Assembly (NCBI RefSeq): GCF_004010195.1 | Contig: NC_057718.1 | Span: forward strand, 96,904,079-96,968,078 | Direction: 5' to 3' | Origin: Chiloscyllium plagiosum | Taxonomy: Eukaryota | Length of the DNA stretch: 64,000 bases | Shown: positions 12,670-24,974 of the stretch, one piece after another | How positions within the stretch are numbered: position 1 is the first letter of the stretch | Layout of the letters: every line of letters starts with the position of its first letter | Made by a program: the position numbers and the translations under genes | Notes under the pieces: model-generated | Database searches by the model: none | Told to the model about the DNA's origin: nothing | Seen by the model: the letters and a program-made list of their open reading frames with translations, nothing else

Positions 12670-12983
12670 GATTAGATTAGATTCCCAACAGTGCGGAAAC
12701 AGGTCCTTTGGCCCAGCCCACACTGACCCTCCGAAGAGTAACCCACCCAGACCCATTTCCCTCTGACAATGCACCTAACACTACGGGCAATTTAGCATTG
12801 CCAATTCACCTAACCTGCACATTTTTGGACTGTGGGAGGAAACCGGAGCACTCGGAGGAAACCCACGCAGACACGGGCAGAACATGCAAACTCCACACAG
12901 ACAGTCACCTGAGGTGGGAATTGAACCTGGATCACTGGCGCTGTGAGGCAGAAGTGCTAACCACTGAGCCACCGTGACGCCCC
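12670..12983 (-). mobile_element. HE1-type V-SINE
   Basis: Full reverse-complement copy with a (GATTA)n tail. Confidence 0.9.
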
Positions 12984-13010
12984 AAGTGCTGTTACGACTT
13001 CATTTCTGGA

Positions 13011-13327
13011 GCAAGTGAGACTTGAACCAGCATCTCTGGACTCAGAAGTAGGGACAGTACCACTGCTTAACAAGAGTTTAAAATAAGAGAGCAGGTGGGA
13101 CTTGAACCCAAGCCTCCAGGCTCAGAGATAGGGACACTGCCACTGTGCCTGTAAGAACTAAGCAAGAGCAGGCCGAACCTGAACCCAAGCTGCTGTGCCA
13201 GTAAGTATTAAATAAGGGAAGGTGGGATCTTTGGACTCAGAGGTCAGGGCACTACTGGTGTGCCATAGAGTAGGTGAGACATCAACCTGGGCCTCCAGAT
13301 TCAAAGGTGCCACTGTGCCACAAGAAC
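13011..13327 (-). repeat. Tandem array of five degenerate 40-70 bp tRNA-like (Pol III A/B box) units
   Basis: Best unit on the minus strand reads GGCACAGTGGCAGTGTCCCTATCTCTGAGCCTGGAGGCTTGGGTTCAAGTCCCACC. Confidence 0.6.
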
Positions 13328-13597
13328 AGAGTTGACTCAAACACAGCTGAGATGTAGTGCTCTTTGCATCAAGTGTTGGAGCAGCATTGGCAATAGCCTA
13401 CTCATCATCAAGACAGCTTCCTCGACCTTTCTATTTCCATCTCAGGCGACCGAATCAACACGGACATCTACTACAAACCGACCGACTCCCACAGCTACCT
13501 GGACTACACCTCCTCCCATCCTGCCCCCTGTAAAAACACCATCCCATTCTCCCAATTCCTTCGACCCCGCCGCATCTGCTCCTAGGAGGACCAGTTC

Positions 13598-13939
13598 NNN
13601 NNNNNNNNNNNNNNNNNNNNNNNNNNNNNNNNNNNNNNNNNNNNNNNNNNNNNNNNNNNNNNNNNNNNNNNNNNNNNNNNNNNNNNNNNNNNNNNNNNNN
13701 NNNNNNNNNNNNNNNNNNNNNNNNNNNNNNNNNNNNNNNNNNNNNNNNNNNNNNNNNNNNNNNNNNNNNNNNNNNNNNNNNNNNNNNNNNNNNNNNNNNN
13801 NNNNNNNNNNNNNNNNNNNNNNNNNNNNNNNNNNNNNNNNNNNNNNNNNNNNNNNNNNNNNNNNNNNNNNNNNNNNNNNNNNNNNNNNNNNNNNNNNNNN
13901 NNNNNNNNNNNNNNNNNNNNNNNNNNNNNNNNNNNNNNN
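13598..13939. other. Assembly gap (342 N)
   Basis: Run of N. Confidence 1.
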
Positions 13940-14340
13940 GGGGGGGGGAAATGAGGAAACTGGTGAAATCCGAGTTCATCCCTTGTGGTTGGAGGGTTCC
14001 TAGCCGAAAGATGAGGCGTTCTTCCTCCAACCGTCGTTTTGTTGTGGTCTGATGATGGAGGAGTCCAAAGACCTGCATATCCTTGGAGTGGGAGGGGGAA
14101 TTGAAATGTTGAGCTACTGGGTGGTTGGGTTGGTTGGTCCGGGTGTCCCAGAGGAGTCAAATCCATCAAATTCAGCATCGCCTTCCTAACCTGAGATCTT
14201 CTTCCCGACCTCTCCGCCCCCACTCCCGTCTGACCTATCACCCTCACCTTGACCTCTTTCCACCTATCACATTTCCGACGCCCCTCCCCCATGTCCCTCC
14301 TCCCTACCTTTTATCTTAGCCTGCTGGACAAACTTTCCCC

Positions 14341-14376
14341 ATTCCTGAAGAAGGGCTTATGCCCGAAACGTCGATT
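14341..14376 (+). ncRNA. Minimal type-I hammerhead ribozyme motif (family A) in a PLE pLTR
   Basis: CTGAAGA (14345-14351), A, GGGC-TTAT-GCCC, GAAA (14365-14368), CG, TC; predicted cleavage after C14372. Confidence 0.8.
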
Positions 14377-14949
14377 CTCCTGTTCCCTGGATGCTGCCTG
14401 ACCTGCTGCGCTTTTCCAGCAACACATTTCCAGCTCTGATCTCCAGCATCTGCAGACCTCACTTTTTCCATCAAGACAGCTGACCATGTCCAGCTCCAGT
14501 CAAGAGCTTCTCTATCTATCAGTCACCTCGACCCTGAAGCCCCTCCCCTTGCTGGTCCGAGGCCAGTAAACTCTGGGATGGAGGGTCAGGTCCATGGCTA
14601 CTTTGCTGACAAGGGGAGTGGATATTATGAGGGGATCGCAGGAAGGGAGTAGGTCAGGGTTTGGGGGTGAGGGCAATCAGAGGGAAAAGTGGGGGATTGA
14701 GAATCAGTAACCACCCCCTTCCCTAGAAAGCGCCAGATTTCCAAGAGTCCTCTTACTCAGTAATGATATTCCCTTGGTCGATATTCCCTCATTAGCTGAA
14801 ACATCTTCTCAACCTCTACCCTCTCAAGACCCCTCAGAAACTTATCTGTGCCTCAGACAGGATTTTGAGGGGGTTGGAGGTTAGGAAGGTGGTGCTACCA
14901 GTGGTAATATCTGGGTAGTTGAAGATGCAGTACATGATAGCATAGTGAT

Positions 14950-15169
14950 TGTAACAAGGTCAGCCAGGCGGACCTCATAGAATATGTGTTCCCTGATTGG
15001 GGCTGTTAATCTGGTCCAATCAGGGAGCCCTGGCTGACATATATAAAAAAATTAAACGTCAGAGATACTGACAATCTGGTGCTGTCAGTACTAAGTGATG
15101 CAGTACTAAAGTCATGTGTGAATCATGGTGACTTGGTGACAGGGTACCAGCCTCTGTGGAGTTATTTCA
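14950..15169 (+). mobile_element. Solo LTR (Gypsy-type)
   Basis: TG...CA ends, CCAAT and TATATAAA motifs. The 3' part matches the LTR at 38870-39045 on the minus strand. No clear TSD. Confidence 0.7.
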
Positions 15170-15960
15170 GATAGAGCTTTGAAAATGAATGTAAATACGA
15201 GGCATTAATGATTAAATCTCATGCGAACAGTCAGTATCGATCACAAAGCCAACAGCAGCATGATTTGTGATCCCTTCTTTAGCTTTAACTGCTCAGCAGG
15301 AAATTGTTTACAGAGGGGAGCTACACAGAGAAGATTATAATTGCTTTAATTTGCATAGTCAAACATCCTGAATTATTTAACAGCGGTCCCTCTGACATTT
15401 CCTCCTTTCAAAATGAAAAGCAGAAGCCATAACATGTGCAAGTGGTAATAAAGATCACAGGGCCAGTCACATCCTGGTGAATCAGAATAACAGGAGAGCA
15501 AATCTCTGTATTGTGTACAAGGTTAAGATTTCTCTCGTCATCACCATGACTGCTCTCTCTCTCTCTCTCTCTCTCGCAATGTACTCAATGACTCAGTTCT
15601 CTGCTTTTCTCAGGCAAGATTATTCTATATTTCCATTTGCTCACCACTCACATTCAGCAAAAAATGTTACTCTCCAGATTTGATTTCTCCTGCAGCTCCC
15701 CGGCCCAACATTGCATTCTACGCAAAAATGTACCCGCCCAGCCATATTTCCGCTCGAAGAGTTTGGTGCTGTCAAAGCACAGCCGAGGAGCAGGAGAGTC
15801 ACATTTTGGGCTAAGCTCTTCTTCAGGATCTCCAGCATCTGCAGTCCTCACTTTCTCCCATCTATATTGTAGCTGCCAATACCAAATTTTCACACCCATG
15901 GGCCATGAGGCTGCTTGCTTTAGCTGAGATGAAGCCGAACATTTAGATTGGTTGTATTTT

Positions 15961-16212
15961 GAGTCATAGAGATGTATAGCACAGAAACAGACCCTTCCAT
16001 CCAACTCATCCATGCTGACCAGATATCCTAAATAAATCCAGTCCCATTTGCCAGCATTTGAGCCACATCCTTCTAAACCTTTCCTATTCATGTACCCATC
16101 CAGATGCCTTTTAAATATTGTAATTGTACCAGCCTCCACCCACTTCCACTGTCAGCTCATTCCATACACGTACCACCCACTGTGTGAAAAAGTCGTCCCT
16201 TCGGTCCTTTGT
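15961..16212 (-). mobile_element. CR1 3' fragment
   Basis: FFTQWVVRVWNEL...FKRHLDGYMNRKGLEG plus the CR1 tail. Confidence 0.85.
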
Positions 16213-17644
16213 ATTTCCTGGAATGTTTTCTGAGTCCCACAGAGCTTGCATGTTGTGCACAGTGAGCTGAAACAGGAAGTGGCTCCATGATGCAAGCATT
16301 GCGAGGATTGGCAGAGGTACTTTCCAGCTTAAATTTCAGCCATTGCAGACACGGCAGCCCTCTCAGCTGGCAGCCAAAGACACACAGATTCACAATGTGG
16401 TATGATGACAGAGTCAGATGACGCAAGGTCGGAGAGTGACTTAGGAGGAGCGTAGTTATTGGGTTTAACACCTGCTGTAAAATTCCATCTGATTCGATAT
16501 CGTTGGTATGTCAGTGCAGAACCAAAGTATGTATCGTCAGCTGGTTTCCCTCCAGACACATCACACCAATCCCCTCCTCCAAGTAATGCAGCTATTCCAG
16601 TGTAATCAGTCGTCAGATCTGGGCCGGGTGCTGGCAGGTGGGATTAGATTGGGTTGGGAAATCTGGTCGGCACGGACGGGTTTGACCGAAGGGTCTGTTT
16701 CCATGCTGTACATCTCTATGACTCTATGATCCTATTTGCTGTAGCGTCTGCCTTCATTGAGTCCCCAGCACAGACGGAAATCCAAATTCTGTCAACATTC
16801 TCATGGGCAGAATTAGATTATCTGTGGTCATCTGCTAATTCAGCAGTCCTGACAATAAAAATCTTTAAAGCCACGGTTTTTCTGCACTGTTTGGTTCAGA
16901 TTCTCAATGGATACGCCATTTGGAAAGTATGTAAAGCAGCTTGGCCTCAAATGCAATGTCGTGGTTTTGAGGAATCAAGGTTTATGGAGAATGGTGGGGA
17001 AGCAGACATGAGGAGTCTGGGATCCTACTAAATGACAGAACAGGCCCAAGGAACCGAGCGGTCTCCTCTTGTTCCTATTTCTTATGGTCTTCTCAATGAG
17101 AATTTAGACCCTCTTTTGAATGATGTGGTCCATGGTGAGGAACCTGGATGAGATCTCCTGTGAAGGCCTTCCCAAAATCAATTGGTACACTCCACAATTC
17201 TTATGATCGCCATAGCTTTTGAAATTTAAATGGCTGCCAGTTATAATTGAATCAGCTTGAAATAAAATATTTCCCAATAAAATGTATGAATATAGTACAA
17301 AAAAGACTGTGGTTAGACTTACGTTCATTGCTAGCTCAAAGTCGTTTATCGAGTACCATAAATCCATTTTATATCTGGCAAAGAACAAGAGGATGGTTAA
17401 TTTATCTCACCATTTTATATATTGTACGACATTGCCAGGTATATTACCTGTATGGACTGCCTACATAAGATAGAAGTAGAGGAGAAATATTTTTCTCACT
17501 TGAAACTTTGGAGCTCTGTCCCTCAAAAGGGGGATAAAAAACCTTCAAATATTTTTAAGACTGAGGTAGATAGTTTCTTGATGAGTAAGAGGACGCAATT
17601 TTCTTGGGGAGCAATAGATGGGAATGTGGAGTCATCAGATGGCT

Positions 17645-17970
17645 TTTTTTATTCATTTGTGGGATGTGGGTGTTACTGGCTGGGCCCAGCATTTATTGCC
17701 CGTCCCTAGTTGCCCCTTGAGAAGGTGGAGGTGAGCTGCCTTCTTGAACTGCTGCAGTCCACCTGCTATGGGTTGACCCACAATGCCCTAAGGGACGGAA
17801 TTCCAGAATGTAGACACAAAAACAGTGATGGAACGGTGATGTCAGGATGGTGAGTGGCTTGGAGGGGAACTTGAAGGTGGTGGCCTTCCCATGTATCTGC
17901 TGCCCTTGTCCCTCTTGTCGTGGGTTTGGAACTGTCGTGCTGTCTGAGGACCTTCGGTGAATTTCTGCAG
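17645..17970 (-). mobile_element. 3' tail of the second LINE family
   Basis: Reverse complement of 10270-10586. Confidence 0.75.
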
Positions 17971-18502
17971 ATTAGCCATGATCGTATTGAATGCTGGAGT
18001 GCTCTCAAGTGTCTGAGTGACTTACTCATGCTCCTAATTCATACACTTGCCTGTAATTTTGTCATGGTTTGAGAAGAGATGTAAGGACGAACAAACAATG
18101 GTGTAATTTTGGACAATGAACTTACTCCCTCCTTGGAAAATCACAATCACAAACGAGTTTTATCCAATCTGAAATTAGCTACAACATGTATTAAGCACCA
18201 GTCCCCTGCAATCAATGAGCTCAGCTTCTTCAAGGACAGTAAATGTCAGAAGAAATTTCATTTTGCCTGTTTTGAGTCAATACTAAATTCTATTTCTACT
18301 TAAGTGCCTGATTCCTGAACTAGGCAAACGTTATTGAAGCCTTCTCTTCAATGTTTGTTAAACAGGTGTGACATGAATTGTTTTCAACCGCCTTTCACTG
18401 GGAAAGGGGCAGTTCTAATGTTGTCCTGGCTTTCAAAGTGGGTGACAGTAATGAGCTGGTTTTGAACGAAGTGAGATGAAGGTAGCCAGACTGCTTAGGA
18501 GT

Positions 18503-18600
18503 TAAAACAGAAAGGGCTGGAGAAACTCAGCAGGTCTGGCAGCCTCTGTGGAGAGAGGATCGGAGTTAATGTTTTGAGTCCAATATGGCTCTTTTTCAGA
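18503..18600 (-). mobile_element. Family C hammerhead mini-element (decayed)
   Basis: GCTGGAGAAACTCAGCAGGTCTGGCAGC...GAGTTAATGTTTTGAGTCC...TTTTCAGA; homologous to 62727-62818. Confidence 0.7.
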
Positions 18601-18687
18601 AATGTGACAGGGCTTGGATGAGAAGCAGAGCAGTACATCAGAAAGTAAAATGATTGAGAAGGAGTCAAAGGTTATGGCCAGTAATCC

Positions 18688-19823
18688 TACAATCCCTACA
18701 GTGTGGAAGCAGGCCATTCAGCCCATCGAGTCCACAAGACCATAAGACATGGGAGCAGAAATTAGGCCATTCAGCCCATTGGGTCTGCTCCACCATTCAA
18801 TCATGGCCGATAGACTTCTCAACCCCATTCTCCTGCTTTCACCCCATAACCTTTGTACCCCTTGAGATTCAAGAACTTATCTATCTCAGTCTTAAAATGC
18901 TCAATGACCTGGAGTCCACAGCTTTCTGTGGCTGTGAATTCCATAGATCCACCACTCTCTGGCTGAAGAACTTTCTCCTTATCTCCATTCTAAAAGGTCT
19001 TCCCTTTACTCTAAGACTGTGCTTTCGGATCCTAGTCTCTCCTATCAATGGAAACATCTTCCCAACATCTACTGTGTTCAGGCCATTCAGTATTCTGTAT
19101 GTTTCAATAAGATTCAACCCCCCCCCACATCTTTCCAACCCCCATCAAGTATAGACCCAGAGTCCTCAAACGTTCCACATATGTAAATCATTTTATTCCT
19201 GGGACCACACTGACCCTCTGAAGAGTATCTCACCCAGACTCATCCCATTCCTGTATTCCTCATGGCTAATCCATCTAACCTACACATCCCTGAACACAAT
19301 GGACAATTTAGCATGGACAGTCCATCTAACTTGCACATCTTTGGACTGTGGGAGGAAATTGGAGCACCAGAGAAAACCCATGCAGACATGGAGAGAATGT
19401 GCAAACTCCACACAAGACAGTCACCCAAAGGTGGAATCCAAGCCAGGTTCTTAGAGCTGAGACAGTAGTGCTAACTGCGGGTCGGCACTGTGGCTCAGTG
19501 GTTAGCACTGCTGTCTCACAGCACCAGGGACCTGGGTTCAACTCCCGCCTCGGGCAACTGTCTGTGTGGAGTTTGCACATTCTCCCCATGTCCGCATGCG
19601 TTTCCTCCGGGTGCTCCGGTTTCCTCCCACAGTCCAAAGATTTGCAGGTGAATTGGCCATGCTAAAATTGCCCGTAGTGTTAGGTGTATTAGTCAGGGGT
19701 AAATGTAGGGGAATGGGTCTGGGTGGGTTGCTCTTCAGAAGGTCGATGTGGACTTGTTGGTCCGAAGGGTCTGTTTCCACACTGTAGGGAATCTAATCTA
19801 ACCACTGAGCCATTGTGCTGGCC
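18688..19823 (-). mobile_element. HE1 SINE split by a CR1 3' fragment (about 18738-19205) and by a second HE1 in the opposite orientation
   Basis: SINE pieces 18688-18737, 19206-19476 and 19800-19823 join colinearly. Confidence 0.75.
19479..19800 (+). mobile_element. HE1-type V-SINE (nested)
   Basis: Near-consensus full copy with an (AATCT)n tail. Confidence 0.9.
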
Positions 19824-19844
19824 ATAAGCCAGTAAGACTAAGAG

Positions 19845-22755
19845 GCAAAACAGGCAAGCAGAGGTTACTGAACTTGGCAGGAGTGACGGTCTAAAGTGTA
19901 TTTATTTTAGTGCAAGGAATATGATCGATAAGGCAGGTGAACTTACATCTTGGATTAGACCATAGAACAGTGATGTTGTGGCTGTTACTGAGACTTAGTT
20001 GCAAGCAGAACAAGACAATAGCTTGACATTTCCAGGATCTAGATGTTTCAGGTGAGATAAAACACGATGTAAAAGAGGTGGAGGAGTTGCATGAGGGAGA
20101 ATATCACAGCTGTACTGAGACAGAATGCCTTGGAAGGCTCATCCAGCAAGGCTATATAGTAAGAGTTCAGGAATAAGGAGGGTGAAATTCCTCTATTGGG
20201 ATCATACTACAGGCTTCCCAACAGCCAGTGGGTGACAGGGACACAGATATGTGTAAAAGATTATGAAAATATGTAACAACAGCATGGTTGTTCTGGTGGC
20301 TGGTTTTAACTTCCCCTATACTGACTGTGACTTGCTTAGTCCCAGGGGCTTGGTTGGGGAGGAGTTTGTTAGGTGTGTCCATGATGGTGTTTTGAAACAA
20401 TATGTAAATAGTCCAAGCAGGCTTGATCGAAGTTTCAGGAGGGCGGCATTTCGGGAACAGTAATCATAATTGTGTAAGTTTAAAGCTATTTATGGATAAG
20501 GATAAGAGTAGTCCTCAGATGAAAGTACTGAATTGAGGGAAGGCTAACTACTACATTAGGCCGCCTACTTGCGGAGCATTTCAGAGAACACCTGTGGCTC
20601 AACACTTCAACTCCCCCTTCCACTCCACCAAGGATATGCAGGTCTTTGGACTCCTCCATCGCCAGACCACAACAACACGACGGTTGGAGGAAGAGCGCCT
20701 CATCTTCCGCCTAGGAACCCTCCAACCACAAGGGATGAACTCGGATTTCACCAGTTTCCTCATTTCCCCTCCCCCCACCTTGTCTCAGTCAAATCCATCG
20801 AACTCAGCACCGCCTTCCTAACCTGCAAGCTTCTTCCTGACCTCTCCGCCCCCACCCCAGTCTGACCTATCACCCTCACTTTGACCTCTTTTCACCTATC
20901 GCATTTCTGACGCCCCTCCCCCAAGTCCCTCCTCCCTACCTTTTATCTTAGCCTGCTGGACACACTTTCCTCATTCCTGAAGAAGGGCTTATGCCCGAAA
21001 CATCGATTCTCCTGTTCCCTGGATGCTGCCTGACCTGCTGCACTTTTCCAGCAACACATTTTCAGCTAACTACTACATTAGGTAGGAACTGGAGGATGTT
21101 GATTGGGAGGTGACTGTGTGAGAGCAAATCCATATCTGTCATGTGGAAATCTTTCAAAGGCCAATTGATTTGAGTATAGGGCCAGCATGTTCCTGTGAAA
21201 GTAAAGGATAAGGAAGGCAAGACTCCAGAACTTTGGACAACAAGAGAATCTGACAGCTTCGTTAAAAAGAGGAAGGAGACCTATGTAAGTAAGGGTTAGG
21301 AAACTGAAGATACAGAGAGCCATCGAAGAATACAATGATAGCGGGAAAGAATTCAAACAAGGAATTAGGAGGACTAAAAGGGGCCATGAAATATCTTTGT
21401 CAATCAGAATTAAATGAAATCCTAAGGCGTTTTAAGAAGCAAAGAGGGTAGCTAGGGAAAGGGGTAGGCCTACTTAAGGATAAAGGAGAGGATTTATGCG
21501 TGGAGCCGGAGGAAGTCGGTGTGGTCCTTATTGAATGCTTTGCATCAATATTCACAAAGGACATGGGGAATCTTGGCTGGGGTATTTTGATATTCTAGGG
21601 CATAAAAGAAGAGAAAGTGTTGGGTGTTTTAAAAAGCGTTACAGTAGACAAGTCCCCAGAACCTTACAGGATAATCCAAGAATAATGAGGAAGGAAGGGA
21701 GGAAATTGCTGGGTCGTTATACAAAATCTTTGTCTCCTCTTTACAGGTCCCAGAGGATTGGAGAATAACCAATATTGTTTTTTTTTTAAGAAGGGCAACA
21801 AGGATAATTGGAAATTACAGGCCAATGAGCTTGTCAGTGGTAGGGGAATTATTGGAGAAGATTCTTAGGGATAGAATTTACTCACATTTGGGAAAACATA
21901 GACTTATTAGTGATGGATAGCTTGGCTTTGTGCAGGGAAGGCCACATCTCATAAACTTGATTGTGAGGCAGTGGCATAGATGAGGGCAGAGTGATAGATG
22001 TTGTCCATATGGACTTTGACAAGGACTTTGACAAGATCCCTTATGGCAGGCTGACACTAAAGGTGAAGTCATGTTGTATCCACAGTAAGCTGATAAGATG
22101 GATATAGAACTGGCTTAGTCATAGGAGACAGAGAATAGTGATGGAAGGATATTCTTCTGACTGGGGATCTGTGACCAGTGATGTTCTGCAGAGATCAGCA
22201 CTGGGACTCTGGTTGTTTATAATGTGTATAAATGATCTGGAGAAGAATGTAGGTGCTCTGATTACTAAGTTTACTGTTTCTGCAAAGATTGGGGGAGCTG
22301 GGGATAGTGAGGAGGATTGCCAGAAAATCGAGCAGGATACAAGTAGGTTGCAGACTTGGTGGAGAAATAGCAGATGGAGTTAATCCAGACAAAAGCGAGG
22401 TGATGCGTTTGGAAGATCTTAAGCAGGAGGGAAGTATGCAGTAATTGGCAAAACCCTTAGTAGCATCACCATAAAGAGGGATCTAGGCATACAGGTTCAC
22501 AGTTCCCTGAAGTGGCAACACAAGTGGGTAAGGTGATCAAGAAGGCATATGAAACACTTGCTTTCATTGGTTGAGGCACAGAGTATAAACATTGATATGT
22601 CTTGCTTCAGCTGTGCAGAACTTTGGTTTGGCCACCTTTGGAATATTGTGTATAGTTCTGGTCACCACACTATCAAATGGATAAGGAGATTTTGGAGAGG
22701 GTACAGAAATGATATACCAGGATGTTGTCTGATTTGAAGGTATTAAGTATGAAAA
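19845..22755 (+). mobile_element. Old CR1 LINE ORF2 (APE plus RT), heavily mutated
   Basis: Remnants of KCIYFSAR, VAVTET, GFNFP, NYRPMSL, YGL/DKIP, INDLEK and EYCV; interrupted by a PLE fragment. Confidence 0.85.
20561..21064 (+). mobile_element. Penelope-like element 3' fragment (GIY-YIG C-terminus plus pLTR with family A hammerhead)
   Basis: AQHFNSPFH...LEEERLIFRLGTLQPQGMNSDF. CTGAAGA at 20977-20983 and GAAA at 20997-21000. Perfect 18-bp TSD GCTAACTACTACATTAGG (20543-20560 / 21065-21082). Confidence 0.92.
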
Positions 22756-22764
22756 TTATAGATC

Positions 22765-23081
22765 ATAGAATCCCTACAGTGTGGAAACAGGCCAGTTGGC
22801 CCAACAACTCCACACCAACTCTCTGAAAAGTATCCCACCCAGACCCACTCCATTTTCCTTCTCTAATGCACCTAACCTACACATCCCAGAACACTATGGG
22901 CAACTTAGCATGGCCAATTCACCCTAACCTGCATATCTTTGGACTGTGGGAGGAAACCAGAGGAAACACACACAGACACAGAGAGAATGTGCAAACTCCA
23001 CATAGACAGACATCCAAGGCTGGAATCAAACCCAGGTCCTTGGCACTGTGAGGCAGCAGTGCCAACCACTGAGCCACTGTG
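22765..23081 (-). mobile_element. HE1-type V-SINE
   Basis: Reverse-complement copy. Confidence 0.85.
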
Positions 23082-23379
23082 TTTTTGAGCTGCATATCTA
23101 TGAAATTGTGCTTAAATTTGTTTCATTTTCAGCTCATAACAATTATACACAGTAAAACATTTTAATTAAAATAAAAAGGTGCTGAACTAACAAAAAAGCA
23201 TTAGACTGGCATTGGCATTTGATAGATGGTCTTACGGTACTCACCAACAGTAGCACCAAGTGGCATACAATAATGTTCAGAGACTGGGGGACTACGCTAG
23301 AGGCTTGTTTTTCACACGCTTCCCATTTGTTAGCAAAACAAAGTTAATGCCCAGGGCACCTCGCTAAGACCAAAAAAAT

Positions 23380-24015
23380 CATTTAAAAAATAGGAATAGC
23401 TGCTTCCTATCCATCCTATCCATTTCCCATATAACCTTATACACCTGAATCAGATCCTTCCTCAGCCTCCTCTGTTCCAAAGAAAACAGTCTGAGCCTAT
23501 CCAGCCTCCTTTCAAAGCTGAAATGCAGGCTGCATCCTGATGATTCTCCTCTGCACCCCTTCCTGCACCCCAATCATGCCCTTCCTACCATGCAGTGACC
23601 AAAAGTGCTCATGCTCCTGCAGCTATGACCTGAACAAAATTCTGTTCAACTCCAACATGGCCTCCCTGCTCTTATAACCTATGCCACAACTGAGATGGAC
23701 AAATGATTCCATATTCTTTCTTAACTACCCTTCTAACCTTCTCTGCCCCCTTCAGGGATCTGTGTAGAAGCACCCCAAGATCTCTCTGTTCCTGGTGTCT
23801 CATTGAGTACTCCCTTGTATTGTTCCTTCTTCCAAAGAATAACCACTGCCCATTTATCAGGGTTACATTCCATCTGCTATTGATCTTAACATCTTCCTCC
23901 TCACTGTCAATCACCTGGCTAACCTTTGTGTCACCCACAAACTTACTTAACAAGCCTCCCAACTCCCATCAACATCATTTATGAATATCCCAAACAGTAA
24001 ATGACCCAGCACTGA
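23380..24015 (-). mobile_element. Degenerate CR1 RT 3' fragment
   Basis: SKFVGDTK, QRDLGV and LFSLEQRRLR. Confidence 0.75.
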
Positions 24016-24254
24016 TGGTGCACTGAACTGCCACTGATCCAAGACACTGTTCCCCTCCCCACATCCAAGACCCAGTCACATTAATACCCAGTCTGGAGAT
24101 GTCCCAAATCACATTTCCCATTAACCCACCCACACACGCAGATATTTAAGGTCAGTGTTGATAGTGTGTTTTACCCGATGACATAATTTTGTCAACAGAT
24201 TTTATTTCCAAATCACAAATTATTGCTCTGCTATTTCCATCATAGAAGCAGATT

Positions 24255-24765
24255 TCACAGTGTGCAGTTCTGGTCACTACACTGCAGGAGGGATGTGATA
24301 GCACTGGAGAGGGTACAGAGGTGGTTCACCAGGATGGAGAAATTGAGCTACAAGGAGAGACAAGATAGGCTTGGACTGTTTTCACTAGTGCAGTGAAGAC
24401 TGAGAGGTGGACATGACTGACGTGTATAAGATTATGAGGGGTATGAACAGGCTGAATAGAGAGCCGCTGTTTCTCTTGGTTGAGGGGTCAATTGCAAGGG
24501 AACATAGTTTTAGGGTAAGGGGCAGAAGATTCAGAGGGGATTTGAGTAAATCCTTTTCACACAACGAGTGGTAGGAATCTTAAGTGCACTGTCTGGGGAG
24601 CTAGTGGAAGTTGGAAACCTTACAACCTTTAATAAATATTTGGATGAGCACTTCAAATGTCATAACATTCAAGGATATTGAACAAGAGCAGGAAATTGGG
24701 ATGAGCAGTGGTAGTAGCAGACTCGATGGGCCGAAGGGCCTTTGCTGCACTGTGTGAATCTATAA
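24255..24765 (+). mobile_element. Degenerate CR1 3' fragment
   Basis: VQFWS...LERVQRWFTRM and the CR1 tail. Confidence 0.75.
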
Positions 24766-24883
24766 TTTGATGACTGGTGAAATCTCAGCTGACTGACACC
24801 ATCACTGAAAGTGAAAGTTAGCCCCTCCGATTTTTCAAAGAGTAACAAAGCCCAAATACTCCGCAAAAAAATCGATGCTTTTG

Positions 24884-24974
24884 AAGTTAAAAATCACACA
24901 ACACCAGATTATATTCCAACAGGTTTATTTGGAAGCACTAGCTTTTGGAGCGCTGCTCCTTCATCAGATGGTTG
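24884..24974 (-). mobile_element. Family B hammerhead mini-element (single arm)
   Basis: Minus strand CTGATGA A GGAGC AGC GCTCC AAAA GC TA GTG (G12 lost by CpG decay). Confidence 0.8.

Larger units (their letters stand above)
13419..14468 (+). mobile_element. 5'-truncated, rearranged Penelope-like element (RT thumb, GIY-YIG C-terminus, pLTR with hammerhead)
   Basis: FLDLSISISGDRINTDIYYKPTDSHSYLDYTSSHP on the + strand. LEEERLIFRLGTLQPQGMN inverted at about 13940-14150. pLTR runs to 14468. Perfect 13-bp TSD CATCAAGACAGCT (13406-13418 / 14469-14481). Confidence 0.9.

Noticed and set aside
13011..13327. CRISPR-like repeat-spacer array
   Set aside because: Vertebrate DNA, degenerate units of unequal length, no unique spacers and no cas genes.
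19479..19560. tRNA genes at SINE heads
   Set aside because: A and B boxes are present, but the sequence runs into the SINE body with no proper cloverleaf end or terminator.
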